Part shown: positions 29,645-39,098 of the stretch, piece after piece
Position numbering within the stretch: the stretch's first letter is position 1
Layout: the number at the start of each line of letters is the position of its first letter
Assembly: GCA_963640485.1 (NCBI GenBank)
Contig: CAVHZP010000001.1
Coordinates: forward strand, 1-49,296
DNA: 49,296 nucleotides
Origin: a bacterium
GTDB taxonomy: Bacteria; Bacillota; Negativicutes; Veillonellales; Dialisteraceae
Direction: 5' to 3'
Notes under the pieces: model-generated
The model's database searches: none
What the model was told of the DNA's origin: nothing
The model's input: the letters and a program-made list of their open reading frames with translations, nothing else
Position numbers and translations under genes: made by a program

Positions 29645-29812
29645 GGTTTAGTGGTCAGTAATTAGTAATTAGTAGTCAGGGCGCATTTGACGGCTTTTCC
29701 ACATATCTCGATAACCTGATATATAGGGAAAAACGTTAGACATAATCTGCTTATAACTGCTGGTCACCGATTGTGACTCTAATTACTGACTACTGATTAC
29801 TGACCACTAGAT
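29645..29812. repeat. Heptamer-arm foldback element, copy E5 (between ffs and dnaX)
   Basis: GGTTTAG TGGTCAG TAATTAG TAATTAG TAGTCAG GGCGCATTTGA ... CTAATTA CTGACTA CTGATTA CTGACCA CTAGAT. Confidence 0.85.
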
Positions 29813-29849
29813 TCGGACAATAAAAAAAGGACATTTCAGTCCTCATTTA

Positions 29850-29960
29850 TGACAGCCTCCAGGATGCACCGTGGCACATGAAAAGGACCACTTATTGCTG
29901 CTTCCTCTCGGACCTGACAAGATTCATGGGTTTCCATTGCACGGGGCCCGGAGACTGCCA
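29850..29960 (-). ncRNA. ffs: Signal recognition particle RNA (small, 4.5S-type)
   Basis: Minus strand contains domain IV TCAGGTCC-GAGA-GGAAGCAGC, closing stem GGCAGTCTCC/GGAGGCTGTC; conserved position upstream of dnaX. Confidence 0.92.
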
Positions 29961-29991
29961 CAAATCAAGATTGAAATGTCACAGTAGCTAT

Positions 29992-30019
29992 ATTATACAG
30001 CATTATATATTTTTTGCAA
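29992..30019 (-). promoter_or_regulatory. Promoter of ffs
   Basis: Minus strand TTGCAA-N16-TATAAT. Confidence 0.7.
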
Positions 30020-30069
30020 TGACTTTTTTGAGATTTACGGGATATGGCTTGCTTAGATAAGGGGTGTTT

Positions 30070-30356
30070 ACCGCTGGTGGTTTAGTGATCAGTAATCAGT
30101 GGTCAGTAATCAGGAGTTAGAGACAGTTGGAGGCAATGAGAAATGCGGGAGCTAGTGGTTTAGTAATCAGTAATCAGTGGCCAGAAGCCAAACGCGTCCT
30201 GACTACTGACCACTGATTACTGATTACTAAAATTGATAGCGGAAAAATGCAAAAAGGGTCAGAAGCCAAATGCGTCTCGACTACTGACTACCGATTACAA
30301 AATCAATAGCGGGAGTATCACTAATAGGGGCAATGGGTAAACGCGCCCTGATTACT
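30070..30356. repeat. Cluster of five heptamer arms (E6) at the left edge of the MerR/TBDR cassette
   Basis: Forward arms 30070-30115 and 30151-30184; reverse arms 30186-30243 and 30263-30313; truncated reverse arm 30339-30356 abutting the merR stop. Confidence 0.85.
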
Positions 30357-31186
30357 TAACCTCTATCGCTTGCACGCTTCACCGCCATCTCCAGCTGGCA
30401 CTGATTGGGGGCGCCTTCTTCGCTAAGGAGCTGGGTGAAGAAGATGGGAGAAGTGATGGTGAGGCCCAGGAGGGAGGCGGTGCGCTTCAGGTGGTTGGCA
30501 ATGGAGGGAGAGAGGGGCGAAAGATTGTGGGGGAAGATATAGGTGAGGTAGAGGGATGCGGGATAGGTGATGGGATTTTCCATCTCCTCCTCGCTTTCCG
30601 ATAGGAGCACCATGTGGAAATCTGTGGGGCCCGTGAGGCTCGCCAGGTCTTCAGCAGCCGGCATCAGGGCGAGCTGGAGATTTCTCTCAAAGAGATGGCT
30701 CCCGTAGGCGGCGATGAGGGGCGCGCTCATAAGGCAGGCGTCCCGCAAACTGGTGCCGGCGGGGAAGAGGGGACTCTTCTGGCCGTAGAGAGGGCCACGA
30801 GGGATTACCATGACTTGCTCCATCGGTAAGGCGCGGGACCTGGCGAGACGATCCATTTTCCCGCGGAGGCACTCGATACGCCGCTCCAGAGAAGTAATGG
30901 TTTCCTCGTACTCCATGATTTTATCCGAGAGAAGTTCCAGCAAGAGGCGGCGGTGGGGCGCATTGTGAAATTCGGCCAAAGCGGCGCCGGGGAGCTCCAG
31001 ATTTCGTAGGGACAGAAGCTCAGCGAAGGGGAGAATCTGCCGCGTGTCATAGTAGCGATAGCCCTTCTCGCTCTTGTGGGCCGGCGAAAAGATGCCTTGA
31101 TTGTCATAATAAATTAAAGTCTGCTTATCGATGTGAAACAGCTTCGCAAATTCTGCGGGAGTGTAGTGGTTGGGATTCGATTTCAT
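30356..31186 (-). CDS. MerR-family transcriptional regulator (BltR/BmrR-like size, with C-terminal effector domain)
   Basis: YTPAEFAKLFHIDKQTLIYYDNQGIFSPAHKSEKGYRYY wHTH, coiled-coil dimerisation helix, about 150-aa C-terminal domain. Confidence 0.9.
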   Translation of the reverse strand: MKSNPNHYTPAEFAKLFHIDKQTLIYYDNQGIFSPAHKSEKGYRYYDTRQILPFAELLSLRNLELPGAALAEFHNAPHRRLLLELLSDKIMEYEETITSLERRIECLRGKMDRLARSRALPMEQVMVIPRGPLYGQKSPLFPAGTSLRDACLMSAPLIAAYGSHLFERNLQLALMPAAEDLASLTGPTDFHMVLLSESEEEMENPITYPASLYLTYIFPHNLSPLSPSIANHLKRTASLLGLTITSPIFFTQLLSEEGAPNQCQLEMAVKRASDRG

Positions 31187-31321
31187 CGGACTTTCCTTAG
31201 GTGTATAGTGGCCATAGACTTTTTAATTTCTGGTAGTATATTAGCACAGTTGGAAAAATTATTCAAAAATAAAGTATAGAAAAATAAAGGTAAAATGAGC
31301 GCAAATGAAATAAAAATGCTA

Positions 31322-31352
31322 TTGACATTATAGGAACTATAAAGAATACACT
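31322..31352 (+). promoter_or_regulatory. MerR-type promoter/operator with 19-bp spacer
   Basis: TTGACA (31322-27) - 19 bp - TACACT (31347-52); dyad TTATAG-GAA-CTATAA (31328-42) within the spacer. Confidence 0.85.
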
Positions 31353-31381
31353 CTACTTGGTCTAAGAACGGTGGTGAAACG

Positions 31382-32212
31382 ATGAAGCAGCTGAAAAAGA
31401 TCGATATGGATGCCTTGTGGCAGCGAGAGCAGGGCTGGAACAGCCAAAAGAAATCGGGGCGAAAGTACGATGATGCGGAAGAGCTCCGGTTCTGGGAAAA
31501 GCTGGCGCCCCACTATTCGGAGAAATTCAATCTCTACCGGGATGTACCCCGTCTGGGTGACTGGATTCACGAAAAAGTGGGAGATGGCCAGCGCCTCATT
31601 GACGTGGGCTGCGGGAGCGGCAATTTCACCATCCCTATTTCTTCCTACAGCAAGGAAATCCTGGCCATCGACTTTTCGCCGGCCATGCTGTCAGTGTTGC
31701 AGGGAGAACTGGAAAAGCGGCAAATCACCAATGTGAAGACCCGCTGCTCCAAGTGGGAGGATTTCCACGAATCCTACGAAGCAGACTACGTGCTGGCGGT
31801 GAATTCCATGTACCGCATGTGCTACATGGGCTCCGCGCTGAAAAAGATCGTCGCCTATGGACGAAAGGGCTTCTTCATCATCCGCACCCTTTTGAAACCG
31901 ATGCTCTACCATCTCTATGATGACCTGGAGCTGAACTACCGGCGCAACAACGACTATATGCTCATGCCCATGATGCTGTGGGATATGGGCATCCACGCGG
32001 AAGTGTCCTTCTGGCACTACGACCGCCTGGTGCGCTATGAAGACATGAAGGCGGTACAAAAAGAAATGACCGCCGACCTGGGCGAGCTTTCGTACATGAG
32101 CTACGAAGGGGACTTGAAGAAGAAGTTCCTCGAACAGGCTGCGCGAGAGGGCGATGGATTTCAGTGGAAATCCGAGCGGATTGTGGAAGTGATTAGCTAC
32201 ACGAAAAGGTAG
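31382..32212 (+). CDS. Class I SAM-dependent methyltransferase
   Basis: Motif I LIDVGCGSGNF, ILAIDFSPAML, KWED, ADYVLA. Confidence 0.9.
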   Translation: MKQLKKIDMDALWQREQGWNSQKKSGRKYDDAEELRFWEKLAPHYSEKFNLYRDVPRLGDWIHEKVGDGQRLIDVGCGSGNFTIPISSYSKEILAIDFSPAMLSVLQGELEKRQITNVKTRCSKWEDFHESYEADYVLAVNSMYRMCYMGSALKKIVAYGRKGFFIIRTLLKPMLYHLYDDLELNYRRNNDYMLMPMMLWDMGIHAEVSFWHYDRLVRYEDMKAVQKEMTADLGELSYMSYEGDLKKKFLEQAAREGDGFQWKSERIVEVISYTKR

Positions 32213-32222
32213 TGTGCTAAAG

Positions 32223-32329
32223 GCTATCGGTTTAGTAGTCAGTGGTTAGTAATCGGTAGTCGGTTACCTGATAAGCAGGGGAAACGTTCGCGCGTCATTT
32301 TGCACCTGGAACCCCGAACCTTGAACCCA
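32223..32329. repeat. Single heptamer arm (E7) plus a GAACCYY heptamer run
   Basis: GCTATCGGTTTAG TAGTCAG TGGTTAG TAATCGG TAGTCGG (32223-32263); GCACCTG GAACCCC GAACCTT GAACCCA (32302-32329). Confidence 0.75.
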
Positions 32330-32432
32330 TTACGTTCTCTTCTTCCCGCCGTGGAAACACGGACACACGGGCGGGAAGTGAGATAGATTTTTATTTTTCC
32401 GGTTGTTTATATTTTATGAGGAGAGATTTGGT

Positions 32433-34598
32433 ATGAAGAAAGGGAATTATGTAGCACTGGCTGCGGCCATATTATTGACAATTTCTGGGGGGGTAACGCT
32501 TAGAGCAGCGGATACAACGGTGACGCAGCTGGCAGAAGTGGTAGTTATTGGCGATAGAGATAAAGAAAGAGAAGTGCTTCCGGGGGATTTCGTTTACACA
32601 AAATCGCAGACAGGCTTTTTATCCGGCAAGAACACCATGGATGTTCCTTTTACACAGACTAACTTTACAGAAAAATCCATGGAAATGTTTGCGGGCCCCG
32701 ATAGACCGATGGATGCTCTTTTGGCTAATTCGCCATCGGTAAGACAGACCGGTTCTATCATTCACGGCGATTTCTTCTTCCGTGGTCTTCGTACCAATGG
32801 CACAAATTTCTATGTAAACAATGTTCCTGGCGTTTTCACACAGTTTAATACTCCGCTTTATCCGGTAGAATCTTTGGAAATGATTTCCGGGCCAAACGTA
32901 GGTATTTATGGCACCGGCGTACAGTACGAAACCACCAATCCCGGCGGCATTATCAGCGTCAAAACCAAAGTGGCTCCTGATGAAGGCGTTTTTGACTATA
33001 CCCAGACGATTTCCGGTCGTGGACTTTGGGGTGAATATATAGATTATGGCGAACGCTTTGGCGATAAGAAAGAATGGGGCGTTCGCATTACCACAGAAAA
33101 TATCAATGGCAAGACTTCTGTGAAGGGAACACAGATCGATGGCCAGGGGATTTTCGCAAACATTGATCACAAATCTGAACACACCAGTGACAATTTGTTC
33201 TTTGGTTATCGCAATTTCCATATTCAGGGCGGCGCTCGTTGGTTTATCCTGGATTCTGCTGCTACGCACTTGCCTCCGGTTCCGAAGGGCGATACAGACT
33301 TTGGCTATGATGGCATGATTAAGGCTACCCATGGCTGGCTTGCAGTTTACAACCATGAACAGAAATTCAATGAACACTGGGACGGCTTTGTTAATTTAGG
33401 TATGCAGAGAAATGACCTGGATCAGAATGTCATGCCAAACGGTGGCAGCGGCTATGGTATTGATGAAAACGGAAATATCAAGGTAACTGCAAAACCGGGC
33501 GGTACACCGCAGGAATACTATTACTGGCAGGTGGGAACCACCGCTCATTACAATACCGGTGATGTGAAGCATGATATTACTCTCTCCTACAATCAGGCTT
33601 GGCGTAACCGGAAAACTGCATGGAATAATGGCAGTGTAACAACCATCGGTACCGGCGATGTATTTACCGGTATTCATCAGACTGCCGCAGCTCCGACTAA
33701 GTTCGATACACGTTGGAGTAATAAGACTCGTGTAAAGAGTTATTCTTTGGTAGACTACATGACTTATGACAAATGGAATTTCATTGTAGGTGTTCATAAG
33801 CATGAAGCAGTATCTAGAGCTTATAGCTATGACAAGGCGGGGTCTCTCAGTGGTGTGGCCAGCACGAAGACAGATGCAACCAGCCCGACTTATGGTTTGA
33901 TTTATCATCCGAATCAGAATCTGTCTATCTATGCCAGCCATTCTGAAAACTTCGATGCAGGTAGTTCGGTAAATACAGCCTATGCAAACTATGGCGATGT
34001 TCTTCCTCCGCTGAAAACAAAACAGAATGAAATTGGTGTGAAATACGAGAAGAATGATCTGCTGTGGACATTGGCTTACTATGACATTAAGCAGGATAAC
34101 CTGATTGGCGTTGCAAAGAGCGGCTACGACAAACTGTTTCAGCAGAGGGATGGGGAAGCCCGTCATAAAGGTGTAGAGCTGACTTTCAATGGAAAAATGA
34201 CCGAAAAGTGGAATGTCTTCGGTGGCGTATCTTACTTGAACGCTAAACAGCGGAAAACAGAGAATGGCACATTGAACGGGAAACGCGTCAATGGTACTTC
34301 TGAATGGACTGGCGTGCTTGGCTTGGAATATAACCCCAATGAACAGTGGAGCATCTTAGGACGTGCTATTTACACCGGCAAATCTCCGATTAAGAATGAA
34401 GCAATCTGGGTAGGAGGATACACACTGTTTGATTTGGGCGCTACTTACAAGACCCATTTCGGAAAAACACCGGCAGAATTGACTTTGATGTGCAACAATG
34501 TCTTTGACAAAGATTATTGGATGGCATCTCGTGGGGCAAACTGGATTTACGCTTCGCTTCCACGTACCTTCACTTTTACTGCAAAACTTCATTTCTAA
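32433..34598 (+). CDS. TonB-dependent outer-membrane receptor (siderophore-receptor-like)
   Basis: Signal peptide, LAEVVVIG TonB-box-like segment, plug motifs (MDVPF, FFRG, VESLEMISGP, PGGIISVKTK), QNEIGVKY, GVEL, NNVFDKDYW...PRTFTFTAKLHF with terminal Phe; start re-called at ATG 32433 behind GAGGAG. Confidence 0.92.
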   Translation: MKKGNYVALAAAILLTISGGVTLRAADTTVTQLAEVVVIGDRDKEREVLPGDFVYTKSQTGFLSGKNTMDVPFTQTNFTEKSMEMFAGPDRPMDALLANSPSVRQTGSIIHGDFFFRGLRTNGTNFYVNNVPGVFTQFNTPLYPVESLEMISGPNVGIYGTGVQYETTNPGGIISVKTKVAPDEGVFDYTQTISGRGLWGEYIDYGERFGDKKEWGVRITTENINGKTSVKGTQIDGQGIFANIDHKSEHTSDNLFFGYRNFHIQGGARWFILDSAATHLPPVPKGDTDFGYDGMIKATHGWLAVYNHEQKFNEHWDGFVNLGMQRNDLDQNVMPNGGSGYGIDENGNIKVTAKPGGTPQEYYYWQVGTTAHYNTGDVKHDITLSYNQAWRNRKTAWNNGSVTTIGTGDVFTGIHQTAAAPTKFDTRWSNKTRVKSYSLVDYMTYDKWNFIVGVHKHEAVSRAYSYDKAGSLSGVASTKTDATSPTYGLIYHPNQNLSIYASHSENFDAGSSVNTAYANYGDVLPPLKTKQNEIGVKYEKNDLLWTLAYYDIKQDNLIGVAKSGYDKLFQQRDGEARHKGVELTFNGKMTEKWNVFGGVSYLNAKQRKTENGTLNGKRVNGTSEWTGVLGLEYNPNEQWSILGRAIYTGKSPIKNEAIWVGGYTLFDLGATYKTHFGKTPAELTLMCNNVFDKDYWMASRGANWIYASLPRTFTFTAKLHF

Positions 34599-34605
34599 TT
34601 TTCCT

Positions 34606-34645
34606 AAGGAAACCGGTCGTTTATGGCGGCCGGCTTTCTTTTTAT
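34606..34645 (+). terminator. Probable terminator/stem-loop after the TBDR gene
   Basis: AAGGAAACCGGTCGT-loop-GCGGCCGGCTTTCTTTTTAT imperfect stem with U-tract. Confidence 0.55.
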
Positions 34646-34769
34646 CGAAGGAAAGCGTAGACTTTTAAATAAACAAATGGCCGTTTTCCGGTACAGACAG
34701 GAAACTGGCATCTTGAACTCTATTTCTCGCACAAGCGTTTTTTGAAATAATTGCCGGAGGTGGTCTTCT

Positions 34770-36314
34770 TTGCGGTTTCTTTGGAACATATTGGCAATTC
34801 TCCTCCTCTCTTGTCTTCTCCTCTCCGGTTGCGGAAAGGAGCCGCAGGGGGAGAGGGAAATCGTCCTGGCGGCGGGGCGGGATTTGGCGCCGGGGGAGAA
34901 GGATCCTTACTACTCTACGGTGATTCTGAAGACCTGGGAGTCACTGGTGGGGATTTCTGATGCCGGCGAGGCGATGCCCATGCTGGCCACGTCCTGGGAG
35001 GCGAATCCGGAGAAGACGGAGTGGATTTTTCACTTGCGGGAAGGCGTTTCGTTCCAGGATGGTGAGCCCTTCGATGCGGAAGCGGTACTTGCCAATTTCT
35101 ACCGGGTGACCCATATGGGATACAAGCCGTCCTCTTTCTATGGCTACCTGGTGTCCCGCATTTATCCGGGCCTTTTGAAATACGAGGCTGACGATGCGCA
35201 CACGGTGCATCTTTACTTCGAAAAACCGGTGCCCATGCTGATTTACCGCATGGCCGGCTGGGGAAGTGCCATGTTCAGCCCTAAGTGTTTCGACAAGGAA
35301 ACCGGGGATTTTACGAGCATCGCCAAAGGGACGGGGCCTTTTGAAATCGTAGATCGCGTGCCTTATCAGTACACCCTTCTTCAGCGCTTCGAAGGCTATC
35401 ACGGCGAAAAGGCGAAAGCGGAGAAAATCCGCATCCGCGTCATCACCTCGCCGGAGGCGCGGTACTCGGCCATGCGTTCGGGAGAGGTGCAGGGGGTCCT
35501 GGACCTGGGCGGCCTCACGCCTATCATGGCGCGAGATCTTTCCGGGACGGGGGATTTTTCTGTAGACACGGCCCACTCGACGATTTCTCACTATCTATCG
35601 GTCAATGGCGGTCGCTTCCCCTTTAGTGACGAGCGGATGCGAAAGGCTCTGAATCTGGCCATCGACCGGGAAAAGATTGTGAAATATTATTTTGCCGGTT
35701 ACGGCACGCCGACCCGGGGATTTCTGAATAGTACGAATCCTTTTGCCCATGCGGAAAAGCCGGTCTTTGATCCGGCAGAGGCGAAGCGTCTCGCCCGCGA
35801 GGTATTGGGCGATGAGAGGGTCCCGGTGAAATTCCTCCTGCCTCAATACGGCATGGATCGCTATCCCTACAAGGTGATTTCTGAATTCATACAGGCAGAG
35901 CTTTCGGATCTGGGCCTCGATGTGAATATCTGTATGGTCGATGGTTTAAGCTCCCGGAAAATGATGCAGGAAGGGGACTACGACCTCTCCATCGGCACCC
36001 GGGGCCTGGGAAATCTGGACCCCACCTCGCTCCTTCGGGAATTTTTCCATTCTGACGGCGCCACGAATCGTGCCAGCTCCTTCCATTACCAAAATCCCGC
36101 CATCGATGAAGACTTCGCATCTCTGGACTACACCTATGACATCGCCGCCAGGGCGAAACTTTACGACCATATCCAGCAGGAACTTTTATCCCATCCCGCT
36201 GTAGTGCCCCTCCTGGAAGATGAAAACCTGGCGGTCTCTTCGAAAAAATTGGAAGGTTACCGGGCCGCAGTCTACGGGATCACGCTGGATAAGGTGAAGT
36301 GGGCGGATGAGTAG
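34770..36314 (+). CDS. ABC transporter substrate-binding lipoprotein, family 5 (Ni/peptide/opine)
   Basis: TTG start with GGAGGTG RBS, lipobox LSGC, PMLATSWE...FHLREGVSFQDGEPFDAEAV, GTGPF, RKALNLAIDRE. Confidence 0.92.
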   Translation: MRFLWNILAILLLSCLLLSGCGKEPQGEREIVLAAGRDLAPGEKDPYYSTVILKTWESLVGISDAGEAMPMLATSWEANPEKTEWIFHLREGVSFQDGEPFDAEAVLANFYRVTHMGYKPSSFYGYLVSRIYPGLLKYEADDAHTVHLYFEKPVPMLIYRMAGWGSAMFSPKCFDKETGDFTSIAKGTGPFEIVDRVPYQYTLLQRFEGYHGEKAKAEKIRIRVITSPEARYSAMRSGEVQGVLDLGGLTPIMARDLSGTGDFSVDTAHSTISHYLSVNGGRFPFSDERMRKALNLAIDREKIVKYYFAGYGTPTRGFLNSTNPFAHAEKPVFDPAEAKRLAREVLGDERVPVKFLLPQYGMDRYPYKVISEFIQAELSDLGLDVNICMVDGLSSRKMMQEGDYDLSIGTRGLGNLDPTSLLREFFHSDGATNRASSFHYQNPAIDEDFASLDYTYDIAARAKLYDHIQQELLSHPAVVPLLEDENLAVSSKKLEGYRAAVYGITLDKVKWADE

Positions 36315-36402
36315 TCTGATGTCTGATATCTGATATCTGATCATCTTTTGCCAAGGGAAACGCGTCCTGACTACTGACTACCGACCACAAAAATCGACAG
36401 CG
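36315..36402. repeat. TCTGATA heptamer run plus one reverse arm (E8) inside the ABC operon
   Basis: TCTGATG TCTGATA TCTGATA TCTGATC (36315-36342); AAACGCGTC CTGACTA CTGACTA CCGACCA CAAAAATCGACAGCG (36358-36402). Confidence 0.8.
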
Positions 36403-36429
36403 TTTATTTCTACCATCACAGGAGTCCCT

Positions 36430-37365
36430 ATGAAGCGCTTATTTCTTTACGCCGCCACGCGGCTGTTGCTTGTATTTCCTTTCCTCATCGGCCTCACGGT
36501 GCTGGCCTTTGCCTTGGGTGTATTGGCGCCGGGAGATCCGGCTTTGGCGGTATTGACTATGGATGGGGCCGCGGAACCGACGGCAGAGGAGCTCTCGGCC
36601 ATGCGGAGCCAGCTGGGGCTGGACAGGCCTTATGGGATGCAGTATCTTTCCTGGCTGGCCCAGGCGCTTTCCGGGGATTTGGGGATTTCCTATCTCACCC
36701 ACAAGCCGGTGCTTTCAGAGCTTTTGCAGCATCTGCCGGTGACATTTCACCTGGCGCTGTGGGCCATGGGCTGGGTGCTGCTCCTGGGCATCCCCGGCGG
36801 GCTGTGGGCGGCGCGGCGGCAGAATTCTCATCCGGAGATGGGCCTCCGGCTGCTATCGCTGTTCTTTATTTCCGTGCCTTCTTTCTGGCTGGCTATCCTT
36901 TTGATGCTCCTTCTCTCGGAAGAGTGGCAGGTCCTTCCGTCTTCGGGCTACGGCGCCTGGCAGCAGATGGTGATGCCCTCCTTTGTTCTGGCGGCCGGGA
37001 CGGCAGCGGCGACGCTGCGGTTGGAACAGACGGCGGTGCTGGAGGTGATGGAGAAGCCTTTCATTCTGACAGAACGGGCGAAGGGGCTTCCTATGTCCTA
37101 CATCGAGCGCCGCCACGTGCTGCCGAATGCGCTGATGCCGGTGATCACCATGGTGGGTACCTATTTCGGCTCCATCCTCGGCGGTTCGGTGATTGTGGAG
37201 AATTTATTTTCCTTCCCCGGCCTGGGGAGTTATGTGCTGGCGGCCATCTGGGGGCGGGACTATCCGGTGATCCAGGGCTATGTGCTGGTGAGTGGGACGA
37301 TTTTCATTTTCTTTAATTATCTGGTGGATCTTTCATACTATGTGCTGAGCCCGAAGGGGAAGTGA
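36430..37365 (+). CDS. ABC permease (NikB/DppB-like)
   Basis: APGDPA, LGLDRPYGMQYLSWL, GDLGIS, EAA-like loop AKGLP...HVLPNA, RDYPVIQG. Confidence 0.93.
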   Translation: MKRLFLYAATRLLLVFPFLIGLTVLAFALGVLAPGDPALAVLTMDGAAEPTAEELSAMRSQLGLDRPYGMQYLSWLAQALSGDLGISYLTHKPVLSELLQHLPVTFHLALWAMGWVLLLGIPGGLWAARRQNSHPEMGLRLLSLFFISVPSFWLAILLMLLLSEEWQVLPSSGYGAWQQMVMPSFVLAAGTAAATLRLEQTAVLEVMEKPFILTERAKGLPMSYIERRHVLPNALMPVITMVGTYFGSILGGSVIVENLFSFPGLGSYVLAAIWGRDYPVIQGYVLVSGTIFIFFNYLVDLSYYVLSPKGK

Positions 37366-37368
37366 CCT

Positions 37369-38196
37369 ATGAGAAGACATATACATCCGATCTATGTGGC
37401 CGCCTTTTTCGTGATGGTGGGGATCATTGGCGCGGCGCTTCTGGCGCCCTGGATTTCTTCCTATGATCCTATCGCCGTGTCGGTGGAGGAAATCCTGGAG
37501 GAACCCTCCGGCAATCACTGGCTGGGCACTGACGCGCTGGGACGGGATATCCTCTCCCGCACGCTCTACGGTGCGCGGACATCGGTGGCTTTTGCCTTCG
37601 TGGCGGCGTGCTGCACCATGGTGGTGGGGCTCTCACTGGGGATTCTGTCGGGCTATTTCGGCGGCTGGGTGGATAAGACGATTCAGGTATTGGTCTGCGT
37701 TTTTCAGGGGCTCCCGGGCATGAGCCTCATGATTGCCATCGCGGCGATTCTGCCGGAGAATCATTTCCGCATCATCATCGCTTTGACGCTCACATCATGG
37801 ACGGGATTTTCCCGCATCGTCCGAAGTGAAGTGATTCGCATCCGCGGAGAGACCTACATGGAAAGCATCCGCGCTTTGGGTGCCGGTCATGGCTATATCC
37901 TTCGGCGCTATGTGCTGCCGAACGTGCTTCCCACAGTGGTGGTGCTTTTGACTCTTCGCATCGGAACGTCGCTTCTCTCGGCGTCGGCGCTGTCGTATCT
38001 GGGACTTGGCATTTCTCCGCCGGCAGCGGACTGGGGCGTCATGATTGCCGATGCCAGGACTTATTTCCGCGCCTATCCCTGGATGATTTTGGCGCCGGGA
38101 CTGGGGATTACCCTTTTCTGCATGTCCATCAATTTGCTGGGCGATGCGTTGCGAGACTATTGGAAGGAGCCATCCTATGGATATAGAAATCAATGA
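37369..38196 (+). CDS. ABC permease (NikC/DppC-like)
   Basis: HWLGTDALGRDILSR, LPN, LSYLGLG, DWGVMI, NLLGDALRD. Confidence 0.93.
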   Translation: MRRHIHPIYVAAFFVMVGIIGAALLAPWISSYDPIAVSVEEILEEPSGNHWLGTDALGRDILSRTLYGARTSVAFAFVAACCTMVVGLSLGILSGYFGGWVDKTIQVLVCVFQGLPGMSLMIAIAAILPENHFRIIIALTLTSWTGFSRIVRSEVIRIRGETYMESIRALGAGHGYILRRYVLPNVLPTVVVLLTLRIGTSLLSASALSYLGLGISPPAADWGVMIADARTYFRAYPWMILAPGLGITLFCMSINLLGDALRDYWKEPSYGYRNQ

Positions 38197-39094
38197 TTTG
38201 TCCGTGTCTTTCGGCTCTTCCCAAGTGTTGCGTCACGCGAGCCTCTATCTTTCGCAAGGAAAAATCACGGCGCTGGTGGGGGAGTCGGGGAGCGGAAAAT
38301 CCATCCTCGGCGCTGCGGTGATGCAGCTTTTGCCGGAGAAAGCCGACATAAGCGGGCAGATTTCCTTTGGCGGGAGAAATCTGCTTTCTCTTTCGGAAAA
38401 AGAAATGGAATCGGTGCGGGGGAAGGAAATCGGTTGGATCGCGCAGGATCCCATTTCTGCCATGGACCCGCTCTTTTCTGTGGGGCAGCAGGTGATGGAG
38501 CGGGCTCACTATGATATGCCAAGGCCCAAGCGCGAGGAAAAGGAAATTGGCATAGCGCAGCTCCTTCGATTCGGCTTGCCCCGGGCGGAGCGGGTTTATC
38601 ATATGAAGCCCCACGAACTCTCTGGCGGCATGGCGCAGCGAGTTATGGCGGCCATGATGGCCATGCCCCGGCCGTCCTGGATCATTGCCGATGAACCTAC
38701 CAAGGGCCTCGACGCCTTCGTGCGCCGGGAAGTGTGCGAGGTTTTCCGCAAACTTCGAGATGAGGGGATTGGCTTTCTCCTCATTACCCACGACCTTCGG
38801 CTGGCGGAGCGGCTCTCTGACGAGACTGCCATCATTTATGCCGGGGAAATTCTGGAAAAGGGACCGACCCGGGAAATCTTCGCCCATCCCCGCCATCCTT
38901 ATACGGTAAGCTTTTTCGATGCGTCTCCGAGGCGTGCTCTTCGTCCCATCCCCGGCACGCCGCCGGATTTGTCGCAGATTCCTCAAGGCTGCATTTTCAA
39001 AGAGCGCTGTCCCTATGCCGATTGCGATGGAAAGGTAGAGGCGCGGGAAATTTCCGGCCACTGGATGAAGTGTCAACACAGAGAGGGAAGGTGA
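38177..39094 (+). CDS. ABC ATPase (NikD/DppD-like)
   Basis: GESGSGKS, PHELSGGMAQR, IADEPTKGLD, HPYT, C-terminal Cys cluster (GCIFKERC...C...C); start re-called at ATG 38177 behind AAGGAG. Confidence 0.93.
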   Translation: MDIEINDLSVSFGSSQVLRHASLYLSQGKITALVGESGSGKSILGAAVMQLLPEKADISGQISFGGRNLLSLSEKEMESVRGKEIGWIAQDPISAMDPLFSVGQQVMERAHYDMPRPKREEKEIGIAQLLRFGLPRAERVYHMKPHELSGGMAQRVMAAMMAMPRPSWIIADEPTKGLDAFVRREVCEVFRKLRDEGIGFLLITHDLRLAERLSDETAIIYAGEILEKGPTREIFAHPRHPYTVSFFDASPRRALRPIPGTPPDLSQIPQGCIFKERCPYADCDGKVEAREISGHWMKCQHREGR

Positions 39095-39098
39095 GGTT

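Noticed and set aside
30070..30356. Repeat cluster considered as a CRISPR array
   Set aside because: Units are degenerate, in both orientations, irregularly spaced and made of 7-mer tandems; no cas genes in the window.
31240..31320. Possible Fur box upstream of the MTase-TBDR genes
   Set aside because: Only generic AT-richness; no convincing match to GATAATGATAATCATTATC.
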